From Eledone cirrhosa (Eukaryota): a stretch of DNA of 64,000 bases. A model generated the notes under the pieces. That model saw nothing but the letters and a program-made list of their open reading frames with translations, made no database searches and was not told the origin of the DNA. Within the stretch, counting starts at the first letter, position 1. Each line of letters opens with the position of its first letter. Made by a program: the position numbers and the translations under genes. This document shows positions 1 to 15,000 of the stretch, piece by piece. Location: the NCBI GenBank assembly GCA_964016885.1, contig CAXHJY010001327.1, positions 124,001-188,000 of the forward strand, in the 5' to 3' direction.

Positions 1-1515
1 CTTTGGTTAATCAAACTTAATAAAATACTATTTATAATACCGTGGATCCTTTTTTGTTAACCTAACTTAATAAATACTATTATAATACTGTGGAACTTTA
101 GTTAACCTATTTGGTTAACCTAACTTAATAAAATACTATTATAATAGTGGAACTTTGGTTAACCTATTTGGTTAACAAAACTTAATAAAATACTATTATA
201 ATAATGTGGAACCTTGGTTAACCTAACTTAATAAAATACTATTTATAATACTGTGGAACCTTTGTTAACCTAACCTAATAAAATACTATTATAATACTGT
301 GGAACTTTGGTTAACCTAACTTAATAAAATACTATTATAATACTGTGGAACTTTGGTTAACCGAACTTAATAATATACCAATATAATACTGTGGAACTTT
401 GCTTAACCTAACGTAATAAAATACTATTATAATACTGTGGAACTTTGGTTAACCTAACTTAATAAAATACTATTATAATACTGTGGAACTTTGGTTAACC
501 TAACCTAATAAAATACTATTATAATACTATGGAACTTTGGTTAACCTAACTTAATAAAATACTATCATAATACTGTGGAACTTTGGTTAACCTAACTTAA
601 TAGAATACCATTCTAATACTGTGGAACTTTGGTTAACCTAACTTAGTAAAATACTATCATAATACTGTGGAACCTTGGTTAACCTAACTTAATAAAATAC
701 CATTATAATACTGTGGAACTTTGGTTAATCAAACTTAATAAAATACTATTTATAATACCGTGGAACCTTTTTGGTTAACCTAACTTGATAAAATATTATT
801 ATAATAGTGGAACTTTGTTTAACCTATTTGGTTAACCTAACTTAATAAAATACTATTTATAATACTGTGGAACTTTGGTTAACCTAACTTAATAAAATAC
901 TATTTATAATACTGTGGAACCTTTGTTAACCTAACTTAATAAAATACTATTATAATACTGTGGAACTTTGGTTAACCTAACTTAATAAAATACCAATATA
1001 ATACTGTGGCACTTTGGTTAACCGAACTTAATGAAATACTATTATAATACTGTGGAACTTTGGTTAACCGAACTTAATAAAATACCAATATAATACTGTG
1101 GAACTTTGGTTAACCTAACAATAAAATACTATTATAATACTGTGGAACTTTGGTTAACCTAACTTAATAAAATACTATTATAATACTGTGGAACTTTGGT
1201 TAACCTAACTTAATAAAATACCATTATAATACTGTGGAACCTTGGTTAACCTAACTTAATAAAATACTATCATAATACTGTGGAACTTTGGTTAACCTAA
1301 CTTAATAGAATACCATTCTAATACTGTGGAACTTTGGTTGACCTAACTTAATAAAATACTATCATAATACTGAGGAACTTTGGTTAACCTAACTTAATAA
1401 AATACTAATATAATACTGCGGAACATTGGTTAACCTAACTTAATAAAATACGAATATAATACTGCGGAACTTTGGTTAACCTAACTTAATAAAATACCAT
1501 TATAATACTGTGGAA

Positions 1516-1684
1516 CCACAGTATTATAATGGTATTTTATTAAGTTAGGTTAATCAAAGTTCCACAGTATTATAATTGTTTCCACTTTTGGCACAAGGCC
1601 ATCAATTACCCAATACATTACTGATAAAATAAAGTACAAGTAATGTACTGAGTATTTGATGGCCTTCTGCCAAAAGTGGAAACA
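1516..1684. repeat. 169-bp foldback cassette 1 (type A): ~1.3 inverted satellite monomers plus a palindromic SINE 3' fragment
   Basis: Inversion junction CTGTGG-AA-CCACAG at 1508-1521. Inverted satellite 1516-1576. Arms TGTTTCCACTTTTGGCACAAGGCCATCAA... and ...TTGATGGCCTTCTGCCAAAAGTGGAAACA surround an ATAAAATAAAGTAC loop. Confidence 0.95.
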
Positions 1685-2033
1685 ATTATAATACTGTGGA
1701 ACTCTGGTTAACCTAACTTAATAAAATACTATTATAATACTGTGGAACTTTGGTTAACCTAACTTAATAAAATACTATTATAATACTGTGGAACTTTGGT
1801 TAACCTAACTTAATAAAATACTATTATAATACTGTGGAACTTTGGTTAATCTATTTGGTTAACTTAACTCAAAATGCTATTACAATACTGCGGAACATTG
1901 GTTAACATAACTTAATAAAATACCAATATAATACTGTGGAACCCTGGTTAACCTAACTTAATAAGATACGAATATAATACTGCGGAACTTTGGTTAACCT
2001 AACTTAATGAAATACTAATATAATACTGCGGAA

Positions 2034-2202
2034 CCACAGTATTATAATGGTATTTTATTAAGTTAGGTTAACCAAAGTTCCACAGTATTATAATTATTTC
2101 CAATTTTGGCACAAGGCCATCAATTACCCAGTACATTACTGATAAAATAAAGTACCAGTAATTTACTGACTAATTGATGGCCTTGTGCCAAAAGTGGAAA
2201 CA
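2034..2202. repeat. 169-bp foldback cassette 2 (type B)
   Basis: Same structure and length as cassette 1, with diagnostic TTATTTCC / GTACCAG / GACTAATTG. Confidence 0.95.
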
Positions 2203-3170
2203 ATTATAATACTGTGGAACTTTGGTTAACCTAACTTAAAAAAATACTATTTATAATACTGTGGGACCTTGGTTAACCTAACTTAATAAAATACCAATAT
2301 AATACTGTGGAACTTTGGTAAACCTAACTTAATAAAATACCATTCTAATACTGTGGAACTTTGGTTAACCTAACTTAATAAAATACTATTATAATGCTGT
2401 GGGACTTTCGTTAACCTATCTTAATAAAATACCAATATAATACTGTGGAACATTGGTTAACCTAACTTAATAAAATATTATTATAATACTGTGGAACTTT
2501 GGTTAACCTAACTTAATAAAATACTAATATAATACTGCGGAACATTGGTTAACCTAACTTAATAAAATACGAATATAATACTGCGGAACTTTGGTTAACC
2601 TAACTTAATAAAATACCATTATAATACTGTGGAACCTTGATTAACCTAACTTAATAGAATACCATTCTAATACTGTGGAACTTTGGTTAATCAAATTAAT
2701 AAAATACTATTTATAATACCGTGGAACCTTTTTGGTTAACCTAACTTAATAAAATACTATTATAATACTGTGGAACTTTAGTTAACCTATTTGGTTAACC
2801 TAACTTAATAAAATACTATTATAATAGTGTGGAACCTTGGTTAACCTAACTTAATAAAATACTATTATAATACTGTGGAAGTTTGGTTAACCAAACTTAA
2901 TAAAATAGTATTATAATCCTCTGGAACTTTGGTGAACCTATTTGGTTAACCAAACTTAATAAAATACTATTTATAATACTGTGGAACTTTGGTTAACCTC
3001 ACTTAATAAAATAGCAATATAATACTGTGGAACTTTGGTTAACCTAACTTAATAAAATACTATTATAATACTGTGGAACTTTTGTTAACCTAACTTAATA
3101 AAATACTATTATAATACTGTGGAAGTTTGGTTAACCAAACTTAATAAAATACCATTATAATACTGTGGAA

Positions 3171-3339
3171 CCACAGTATTATAATGGTATTTTATTAAGT
3201 TAGGTTAATCAAAGTTCCACAGTATTATAATTGTTTCCACTTTTGGCACAAGGCCATCAATTACCCAGTACATTACTGATAAAATAAAGTACAAGTAATG
3301 TACTGAGTATTTGATGGCCTTCTGCCAAAAGTGGAAACA
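3171..3339. repeat. 169-bp foldback cassette 3 (type A)
   Basis: Shares GTACAAG, GAGTATTTG and CCTTCTGCC variants with cassette 1. Confidence 0.95.
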
Positions 3340-3734
3340 ATTATAATACTGTGGAACTCTGGTTAACCTAACTTAATAAAATACTACTATAATACTGTGG
3401 CACTTTGGTTAACCTAACTTAATAAAATACTATTATAATACTGTGGAACTTTGGTTAACCTAACTTAATAAAATACTATTATAATACTGTGGCACTTTGG
3501 TTAACCTAACTTAATAAAATACTATTATAATACTGTGGAACTTTGGTTAATCTATTTGGTTAACTTAACTCAAAATACTATTACAATACTGCGGAACCTT
3601 GGTTAACATAACTTAATAAAATACCAATATAATACTGTGGAACCCTGGTTAACCTAACTTAATAAGATACGAATATAATACTGCGGAACTTTGGTTAACC
3701 TAACTTAATAAAATACTAATATAATACTGCGCAA

Positions 3735-3903
3735 CCACAGTATTATAATGGTATTTTATTAAGTTAGGTTAACCAAAGTTCCACAGTATTATAATTATTT
3801 CCACTTTTGGCACAAGGCCATCAATTACCCAGTACATTACTGATAAAATAAAGTACCAGTAATGTACTGACTAATTGATGGCCTTGTGCCAAAAGTGGAA
3901 ACG
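3735..3903. repeat. 169-bp foldback cassette 4 (type B)
   Basis: Shares type-B variants with cassette 2. Confidence 0.95.
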
Positions 3904-4701
3904 ATTATAATACTGTGGAACTTTGGTTAACCTAACTTAAAATACTATTTATAATACTGTGGGACCTTGGTAAACCTAACTTAATAAAATACCATTCTAA
4001 TACTGTGGAACTTTGGTTAACCTAACTTAATAAAATACTATTATAATGCTGTGGGACTTTCGTTAACCTATCTTAATAAAATACCAATATAATACTGCGG
4101 AACATTGGTTAACCTAACTTAATAAAATATTATTATAATACTGTGGAACTTTGGTTAACCTAACTTAATAAAATACTAATATAATACTGCGGAACATTGG
4201 TTAACCTAACTTAATAAAATACGAATATAATACTGCGGAACTTTGGTTAACCTAACTTAATAAAATACTAATATAATACTGCAGAACATTGGTTAACCTA
4301 ACTTAATAAAATACCAATATAACACTGCGGAACTTTGGTTAACCTAACTTAATAAAATACTAATATAATACTGCGGAACATTGGTTGATCTAACTTAATA
4401 AAATACTATTTATAATACTGTGGGACCTTGGTTAACCTAACTTAATAAAATACTATTATAATACTGTGTAACTTTGGTTAACCTAACTTAATAAAATACC
4501 AATATAATACTGTGCAACCTTGGTTAACCTAACTTAATAAAATACTATTATAATACTGTGGAACTTTGGTTAACCTAACTTAATAAAATACTATTATAAT
4601 ACTGTGGAACTTTGGTTAACATAACTTAATAAAATACCAATATAATACTGTGGAACCCTGGTTAACCAAACTTAATAAAATACCATTATAATACTGTGGA
4701 A

Positions 4702-4870
4702 CCACAGTATTATAATGGTATTTTATTAAGTTAGGTTAACCAAAGTTCCACATTATTATAATTATTTCCACTTTTGGCACAAAGCCATCAATTACCCAGT
4801 ACATTACTGATAAAATAAAGTACCAGTAATGTACTGACTAATTGATGGCCTTGTGCCAAAAGTGGAAACA
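4702..4870. repeat. 169-bp foldback cassette 5 (type B)
   Basis: Same structure and type-B variants. Confidence 0.95.
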
Positions 4871-7800
4871 ATTATAATACTGTTGAACTTTGGTTAACCT
4901 AACTTAATAAAATACTATTTATAATACTGTGGGACCTTGGTAAACCTAACTTAATAAAATACCAATATAATACTGTGGAACTTTGGTTAACCTAACTTAA
5001 TAAAATACCATTCTAATACTGTGGAACTTTGGTTAACCTAACTTAATAAAATACTATTATAATACTGTGGAACTTTCGTTAACCTAACTTAATAAAATAC
5101 CAATATAATACTGCGGAACATTGGTTAACCTAACTTAATAAAATACTAATATAATACTGCGGAACATTGGTTAACCTAACTTAATAAAATACGAATATAA
5201 AACTGCGGAACATTGGTTAACCTAACTTAATAAAATACCAATATAATACTGCGGAACTTTGGTTAACCTAACTTAATAGAATACCATTCTAATACTGTGG
5301 AACTTTGGTTAACCTAATTTAATAAAATACTATCATAATACTGTGGAACCTTGGTTAACCTAACTTAATAATACTGTGGAACTTTGGTTAACCTAACTTA
5401 ATAAAATACTATTATAATACTGTGTAACTTTGGTTAACCTAACTTAATAAAATACCAATATAATACTGTGCAACCTTGGTTAACCTAACTTAATAAAATA
5501 CTATTATAATACTGTAGAACCTTGGTTAACCTAACTTAATAAAATACTCTTATAATACTGTGGAACTTTGGTTAACCTAACGTAATAAAATACCATTATA
5601 ATACTGTGGAACTTTGGTTAACAAAACTTAATAAAATACTATTATAATAATGTGGAACTTTGGTTAACCTAACTTAATAAAATACAATTATAATACTGTG
5701 GAACCTTGATTAACCTAACTTAATAGAATACCATTCTAATACTTTGGAACTTTGGTTAATCAAACTTAATAAAATACTATTTATAATACCGTGGATCCTT
5801 TTTTGTTAACCTAACTTAATAAAATACTATTATATTACTGTGGAACTTTAGTTAACCTATTTGGTTAACCTAACTTAATAAAATACTATTATAATAGTGG
5901 AACTTTGGTTAACCTATTTGGTTAACAAAACTTAATAAAATACTATTATAATAGTGTGGAACCTTGGTTAACCTAACTTAATAAAATACTATTTATAATA
6001 CTGTGGAACCTTTGTTAACCTAACTTAATAAAATACTATTATAATACTTTGGAACTTTGGTTAACCTAATTTAATAAAATACCAATATAATACTGTGGAA
6101 CTTTGGTTAACCTAACTTAATAAAATACTATTATAATACTGTGGAACTTTGGTTAACCGAACTTAATAAAATACTATTATAATACTGTGGAACTTTGGTT
6201 AACCGAACTTAATAAAATACCAATATAATACTGTGGAACTTTGCTTAACCTAACGTAATAAAATACTATTATAATACTGTGGAACTTTGGTTAACCTAAC
6301 TTAATAAAATACTATTATAATACTGTGGAACTTTGTATAACCTAACTTAATAAAATACCATTATAATACTGTGGAATCTTGGTTAACCTAACTTAATAAA
6401 ATACTATTATAATACTGTGGAACTTTGGTTAACCTAACTTAATAAAATACTATTATAATACTGTGGAACTTTGGTTAACCTAACCTAATAAAATACTATT
6501 ATAATACTATGGAACTTTGGTTAACCTAACTTAATAAAATACTATTATAATACTGTGGAACTTTGGTTAACCTAACTTAATAAAATACTATTATAATACT
6601 GTGGAACTTTGGTTAACCTAACCTAATAAAATACTATTATAATACTATGGAACTTTGGTTAACCTAACGTAATAAAATACCATTATAATACTGTGGAACC
6701 TTGATTAATCTAACTTAATAGAATACCATTCTAATACTGTGGAACTTTGGTTAATCAAACTTAATAAAATACTATTTATAATACCGTGGAACCTTTTTGG
6801 TTAACCTAACTTAATAAAATACTATCATAATACTGTGGAACTTTGGTTAACTAACTTAATAAAATACCATTATAATACTGCGGAACCTTGGTTAACCTAA
6901 CTTAACAAAATACTATTATAATACTGTGGAACCTTGGTTAACCTAACGTAATAAAATACTATTATAATACTGTGGAACTTTGGTTAACCTAACTTAATAA
7001 AATACCATTATAATACTGTGGAACCTTGATTAATCTAACTTAATAGAATACCATTCTAATACTGTGGAACTTTGGTTAATCAAACTTAATAAAATACTAT
7101 TTATAATACCGTGGAACCTTTTTGGTTAACCTAACTTGATAAAATACTATTATAATAGTGGAACTTTGGTTAACCTAACTTAATAAAATACTATTATAAT
7201 ACTGTGGAACTTTGGTTAACCTAACTTAATAAAATACTATTATAATACTGTGGAACTTTGGTTAACCTAACTTAATAAAATACTATTATAATACTGTGGA
7301 ACTTTGGTTAACCTAACTTAATAAAATACTATTATAATACTGTGGAACTTTGGTTAACCTAACTTAATAAAATATTATTATAATACTGTGGAACTTTGGT
7401 TAACCTAACTTAATAAAATACTATTTTAATACTGTGGAACTTTGGTTAACCTAACTTAATAAAATACTATTATAATACTGCGGAACTTTGGTTAACCTAA
7501 CTTAATAAAATACTATTATAATACTGTGGAACTTTGGTTAACCTAACTTAATAAAATACTATTATAATACTGTGGAACTTTGGTTAACCTAACTTAATAA
7601 AATACTATTATAATACTGCGGAACATTGGTTAACCTAACTTAATAAAATACGAATATAAAACTGCGGAATTTTGGTTAACCTAACTTAATAAAATACTAA
7701 TATAATACTGCGGAACATTGGTTAACCTAACTTAATAAAATACCAATATAATACTGCGGAACTTTGGTTAACCTAACTTAATAAAATACTAATATAATAC

Positions 7801-9029
7801 TGCGGAACATTGGTTGATCTAACTTAATAAAATACTATTTATAAAACTGTGGGACCTTGGTTAACCTAACTTAATAAAATACTATTATAATACTGTGTAA
7901 CTTTGGTTAACCTAACTTAAAAAAATACCAATATAATACTGTGGAATCTTGGTTAACCTAACTTAATAAAATACTATTTATAATACTGTGGAACCTTTGT
8001 TAACCTAACTTAATAAAATACTATTATAATACTGTGGAACTTTGGTTAACCTAATTTAATAAAATACCAATATAATACTGTGGAACTTTGGTTAACCTAA
8101 CTTAATAAAATACTATTATAATACTGTGGAACTTTGGTTAACCGAACTTAATAAAATACTATTATAATACTGTGGAACTTTGGTTAACCGAACTTAATAA
8201 AATACCAATATAATACTGTGGAACTTTGCTTAACCTAACGTAATAAAATACTATTATAATACTGTGGAACTTTGGTTAACCTAACTTAATAAAATACTAT
8301 TATAATAGTGTGGAACTTTGTATAACCTAACTTAATAAAATACCATTATAATACTGTGGAATCTTGGTTAACCTAACTTAATAAAATACTATTATAATAC
8401 TGTGGAACTTTGGTTAACCTAACCTAATAAAATACTATTATAATACTATGGAACTTTGGTTAACCTAACTTAATAAAATACTATTATAATACTGTGGAAC
8501 TTTAGTTAACCTATTTGGTTAACCTAACTTAATAAAATACTAATACAATACTGTGGTACCTTGGTTACCCTAACTTAATAAAATACTATTATAATACTGT
8601 GGAACCTTGGTTAACCTAACTTAATAAAATACTCTTATAATACTGTGGAACTTTGGTTAACCTAACGTAATAAAATACCATTATAATACTGTGGAACCTT
8701 GATTAATCTAACTTAATAAAATACCATTCTAATACTGTGGAACTTTGGTTAATCAAACTTAATAAAATACTATTTATAATACCGTGGAACCTTTTTGGTT
8801 AACCTAACTTAATAAAATACTATAATAATACTGTGGAAGTTTGGTTAACCTAACTTAATAAAATACCATTATAATACTGTGGAACCTTGATTAACCTAAC
8901 TTAATAGAATACCATTCTAATACTGTGGAACTTTGGTTAATCAAACTTAATAAAATACTATTTATAATACCGTGGAACCTTTTTGGTTAACCTAACTTGA
9001 TAAAATACTATTATAATAGTGGAACTTTG

Positions 9030-12000
9030 GTTAACCTAACTTAATAAAATACTATTATAATACTGTGGAACTTTGGTTAACCTAACTTAATAAAATACTA
9101 TTATAATACTGTGGAACTTTGGTTAACCTAACTTAATAAAATACGATTATAATACTGTGGAACTTTGGTTAACCTAACTTAATAAAATACTATTATAATA
9201 CTGTGGAACTTTGGTTAACCTAACTTAATAAAATACTATTATAATACTGCGGAACTTTGGTTAACCTAACTTAATAAAATACTATTATAATACTGTGGAA
9301 CTTTGGTTAACCTAACTTAATAAAATACTATTATAATACTGCGGAACATTGGTTAACCTAACTTAATAAAATACGAATATAAAACTGCGGAATTTTGGTT
9401 AACCTAACTTAATAAAATACTAATATAATACTGCGGAACATTGGTTAACCTAACTTAATAAAATACCAATATAATACTGCGGAACTTTGGTTAACCTAAC
9501 TTAATAAAATACTAATATAATACTGCGGAACATTGGTTGATCTAACTTAATAAAATACTATTTATAAAACTGTGGGACCTTGGTTAACCTAACTTAATAA
9601 AATACTATTATAATACTGTGTAACTTTGGTTAACCTAACTTAATAAAATACCAATATAATACAGTGCAACCTTGGTTAACCTAACTTAATAAAATACTAT
9701 TATAATACTGTGGAACTTTGTTCAACCTAACTTAATAAAATACTATCATAATACTGTGGAACCTTGGTTAACCTAACTTAATAAAATACCATTATAATAC
9801 TGTGGAACTTTGGTTAACCTAACTTAATAAAATACTATTATAATACTGTGTAACTTTGGTTAACCTAACTTAATAAAATACCAATATAATACTGTGCAAC
9901 CTTGGTTAACCTAACTTAATAAAATACTATTATAATACTGTAGAACCTTGGTTAACCTAACTTAATAAAATACTCTTATAATACTGTGGAACTTTGGTTA
10001 ACCTAACGTAATAAAATACCATTATAATACTGTGGAACTTTGGTTAACAAAACTTAATAAAATACTATTATAATAATGTGGAACTTTGGTTAACCTAAGT
10101 TAATAAAATACCATTATAATACTGTGGAACCTTGATTAACCTAACTTAATAGAATACCATTCTAATACTTTGGAACTTTGGTTAATCAAACTTAATAAAA
10201 TACTATTTATAATACCGTGGATCCTTTTTTGTTAACCTAACTTAATAAAATACTATTATAATACTGTGGAACTTTAGTTAACCTATTTGGTTAACCTAAC
10301 TTAATAAAATACTATTATAATAGTGGAACTTTGGTTAACCTATTTGGTTAACAAAACTTAATAAAATACTATTATAATAGTGTGGAACCTTGGTTAACCT
10401 AACTTAATAAAATACTATTTATAATACTGTGGAACCTCTGTTAACCTAACTTAATAAAATACTATTATAATACTGTGGAACTTTGGTTAACCTAATTTAA
10501 TAAAATACCAATATAATACTGTGGAACTTTGGTTAACCTAACTTAATAAAATACTATTATAATACTGTGGAACTTTGGTTAACCGAACTTAATAAAATAC
10601 TATTATAATACTGTGGAACTTTGGTTAACCGAACTTAATAAAATACCAATATAATACTGTGGAACTTTGTATAACCTAACTTAATAAAATACCATTATAA
10701 TACTGTGGAATCTTGGTTAACCTAACTTAATAAAATACTATTATAATACTGTGGAACTTTGGTTAACCTAACTTAATAAAATACTATTATAATACTGTGG
10801 AACTTTGGTTAACCTAACCTAATAAAATACTATTATAATACTATGGAACTTTGGTTAACCTAACTTAATAAAATACTATTATAATACTGTGGAACTTTAG
10901 TTAACCTATTTGGTTAACCTAACTTAATAAAATACTAATACAATACTGTGGAACTTTGGTTAATCAAACTTAATAAAATACTATTTATAATACCGTGGAA
11001 CCTTTTTGGTTAACCTAACTTAATAAAATACTATCATAATACTGTGGAACTTTGGTTAACTAACTTAATAAAATACCATTATAATACTGCGGAACCTTGG
11101 TTAACCTAACTTAACAAAATACTATTATAATACTGTGGAACCTTAGTTAACCTAACTTAATAAAATACTCTTATAATACTGTGGAACTTTGGTTAACCTA
11201 ACGTAATAAAATACCATTATAATACTGTGGAACTTTGGTTAACAAAACTTAATAAAATACTATTATAATACTGTGGAACTTTGGTTAACCTAACTTAATA
11301 AAATACCATTATAATACTGTGGAACCTTGATTAATCTAACTTAATAGAATACCATTCTAATACTGTGGAACTTTGGTTAATCAAACTTAATAAAATACTA
11401 TTTATAATACCGTGGAACCTTTTTGGTTAACCTAACTTGATAAAATACTATTATAATAGTGGAACTTTGGTTAACCTAACTTAATAAAATACTATTATAA
11501 TACTGTGGAACTTTGGTTAACCTAACTTAATAAAATACTATTATAATACTGTGGAACTTTGGTTAACCTAACTTAATAAAATACTATTATAATACTGTGG
11601 AACTTTGGTTAACCTAACTTAATAAAATACTATTATAATACTGTGGAACTTTGGTTAACCTAACTTAATAAAATATTATTATAATACTGTGGAACTTTGG
11701 TTAACCTAACTTAATAAAATACTATTTTAATACTGTGGAACTTTGGTTAACCTAACTTAATAAAATACTATTATAATACTGCGGAACTTTGGTTAACCTA
11801 ACTTAATAAAATACTATTATAATACTGTGGAACTTTGGTTAACCTAACTTAATAAAATACTATTATAATACTGTGGAACTTTGGTTAACCTAACTTAATA
11901 AAATACCAATATAATACTGCGGAACTTTGGTTAACCTAACTTAATAAAATACTAATATAATACTGCGGAACATTGGTTGATCTAACTTAATAAAATACTA

Positions 12001-15000
12001 TTTATAAAACTGTGGGACCTTGGTTAACCTAACTTAATAAAATACTATTATAATACTGTGTAACTTTGGTTAACCTAACTTAAAAAAATACCAATATAAT
12101 ACTGTGGAATCTTGGTTAACCTAACTTAATAAAATACTATTTATAATACTGTGGAACCTTTGTTAACCTAACTTAATAAAATACTATTATAATACTGTGG
12201 AACTTTGGTTAACCTAATTTAATAAAATACCAATATAATACTGTGGAACTTTGGTTAACCTAACTTAATAAAATACTATTATAATACTGTGGAACTTTGG
12301 TTAACCGAACTTAATAAAATACTATTATAATACTGTGGAACTTTGGTTAACCGAACTTAATAAAATACCAATATAATACTGTGGAACTTTGCTTAACCTA
12401 ACGTAATAAAATACTATTATAATACTGTGGAACTTTGGTTAACCTAACTTAATAAAATACTATTATAATAGTGTGGAACTTTGTATAACCTAACTTAATA
12501 AAATACCATTATAATACTGTGGAATCTTGGTTAACCTAACTTAATAAAATACTATTATAATACTGTGGAACTTTGGTTAACCTAACTTAATAAAATACTA
12601 TTATAATACTGTGGAACTTTGGTTAACCTAACCTAATAAAATACTATTATAATACTATGGAACTTTGGTTAACCTAACTTAATAAAATACTATTATAATA
12701 CTGTGGAACTTTAGTTAACCTATTTGGTTAACCTAACTTAATAAAATACTAATACAATACTGTGGTACCTTGGTTACCCTAACTTAATAAAATACTATTA
12801 TAAGACTGTGGAACCTTGGTTAACCTAACTTAATAAAATACTCTTATAATACTGTGGAACTTTGGTTAACCTAACGTAATAAAATACCATTATAATACTG
12901 TGGAACCTTGATTAATCTAACTTAATAGAATACCATTCTAATACTGTGGAACTTTGGTTAATCAAACTTAATAAAATACTATTTATAATACCGTGGAACC
13001 TTTTTGGTTAACCTAACTTAATAAAATACTATAATAATACTGTGGAACTTTGGTTAACCTAACTTAATAAAATACCATTATAATACTGTGGAACCTTGAT
13101 TAACCTAACTTAATAGAATACCATTCTAATACTGTGGAACCTTGATTAACCTAACTTAATAGAATACCATTCTAATACTGTGGAACTTTGGTTATTCAAA
13201 CTTAATAAAATACTATTTATAATACCGTGGAACCTTTTTGGTTAACCTAACTTGATAAAATACTATTATAATAGTGGAACTTTGGTTAACCTAACTTAAT
13301 AAAATACTATTATAATACTGTGGAACCTTTGTTAACCTAACTTAATAAAATACTATTATAATACTGTGGAACCTTTGTTAACCTAACTTAATAAAATACT
13401 ATTATAATACTGTGGAACTTTGGTTAACCTAATTTAATAAAATACCAATATAATACTGTGGAACTTTGGTTAACCTAACTTAATAAAATACTATTTATAA
13501 TACTGTGGAACCTTTGTTAACCTAACTTAATAAAATACTATTATAATACTGTGGAACTTTGGTTAACCTAATTTAATAAAATACCAATATAATACTGTGG
13601 AACTTTGGTTAACCTAACTTAATAAAATACTATTATAATACTGTGGAACTTTGGTTAACCGAACTTAATAAAATACTATTATAATACTGTGGAACTTTGG
13701 TTAACCGAACTTAATAAAATACCAATATAATACTGTGGAACTTTGCTTAACCTAACGTAATAAAATACTATTATAATACTGTGGAACTTTGGTTAACCTA
13801 ACTTAATAAAATACTATTATAATAGTGTGGAACTTTGTATAACCTAACTTAATAAAATACCATTATAATACTGTGGAATCTTGGTTAACCTAACTTAATA
13901 AAATACTATTATAATACTGTGGAACTTTGGTTAACCTAACTTAATAAAATACTATTATAATACTGTGGAACTTTGGTTAACCTAACCTAATAAAATACTA
14001 TTATAATACTATGGAACTTTGGTTAACCTAACTTAATAAAATACTATTATAATACTGTGGAACTTTAGTTAACCTATTTGGTTAACCTAACTTAATAAAA
14101 TACTAATACAATACTGTGGTACCTTGGTTACCCTAACTTAATAAAATACTATTATAATACTGTGGAACCTTGGTTAACCTAACTTAATAAAATACTCTTA
14201 TAATACTGTGGAACTTTGGTTAACCTAACGTAATAAAATACCATTATAATACTGTGGAACCTTGATTAATCTAACTTAATAAAATACCATTCTAATACTG
14301 TGGAACTTTGGTTAATCAAACTTAATAAAATACTATTTATAATACCGTGGAACCTTTTTGGTTAACCTAACTTAATAAAATACCATAATAATACTGTGGA
14401 AGTTTGGTTAACCTAACTTAATAAAATACCATTATAATACTGTGGAACCTTGATTAACCTAACTTAATAGAATACCATTCTAATACTGTGGAACTTTGGT
14501 TAATCAAACTTAATAAAATACTATTTATAATACCGTGGAACCTTTTTGGTTAACCTAACTTGATAAAATACTATTATAATAGTGGAACTTTGGTTAACCT
14601 AACTTAATAAAATACTATTATAATACTGTGGAACTTTGGTTAACCTAACTTAATAAAATACTATTATAATACTGTGGAACTTTGGTTAACCTAACTTAAT
14701 AAAATACGATTATAATACTGTGGAACTTTGGTTAACCTAACTTAATAAAATACTATTATAATACTGTGGAACTTTGGTTAACCTAACTTAATAAAATACT
14801 ATTATAATACTGCGGAACTTTGGTTAACCTAACTTAATAAAATACTATTATAATACTGTGGAACTTTGGTTAACCTAACTTAATAAAATACTATTATAAT
14901 ACTGCGGAACATTGGTTAACCTAACTTAATAAAATACGAATATAAAACTGCGGAATTTTGGTTAACCTAACTTAATAAAATACTAATATAATACTGCGGA

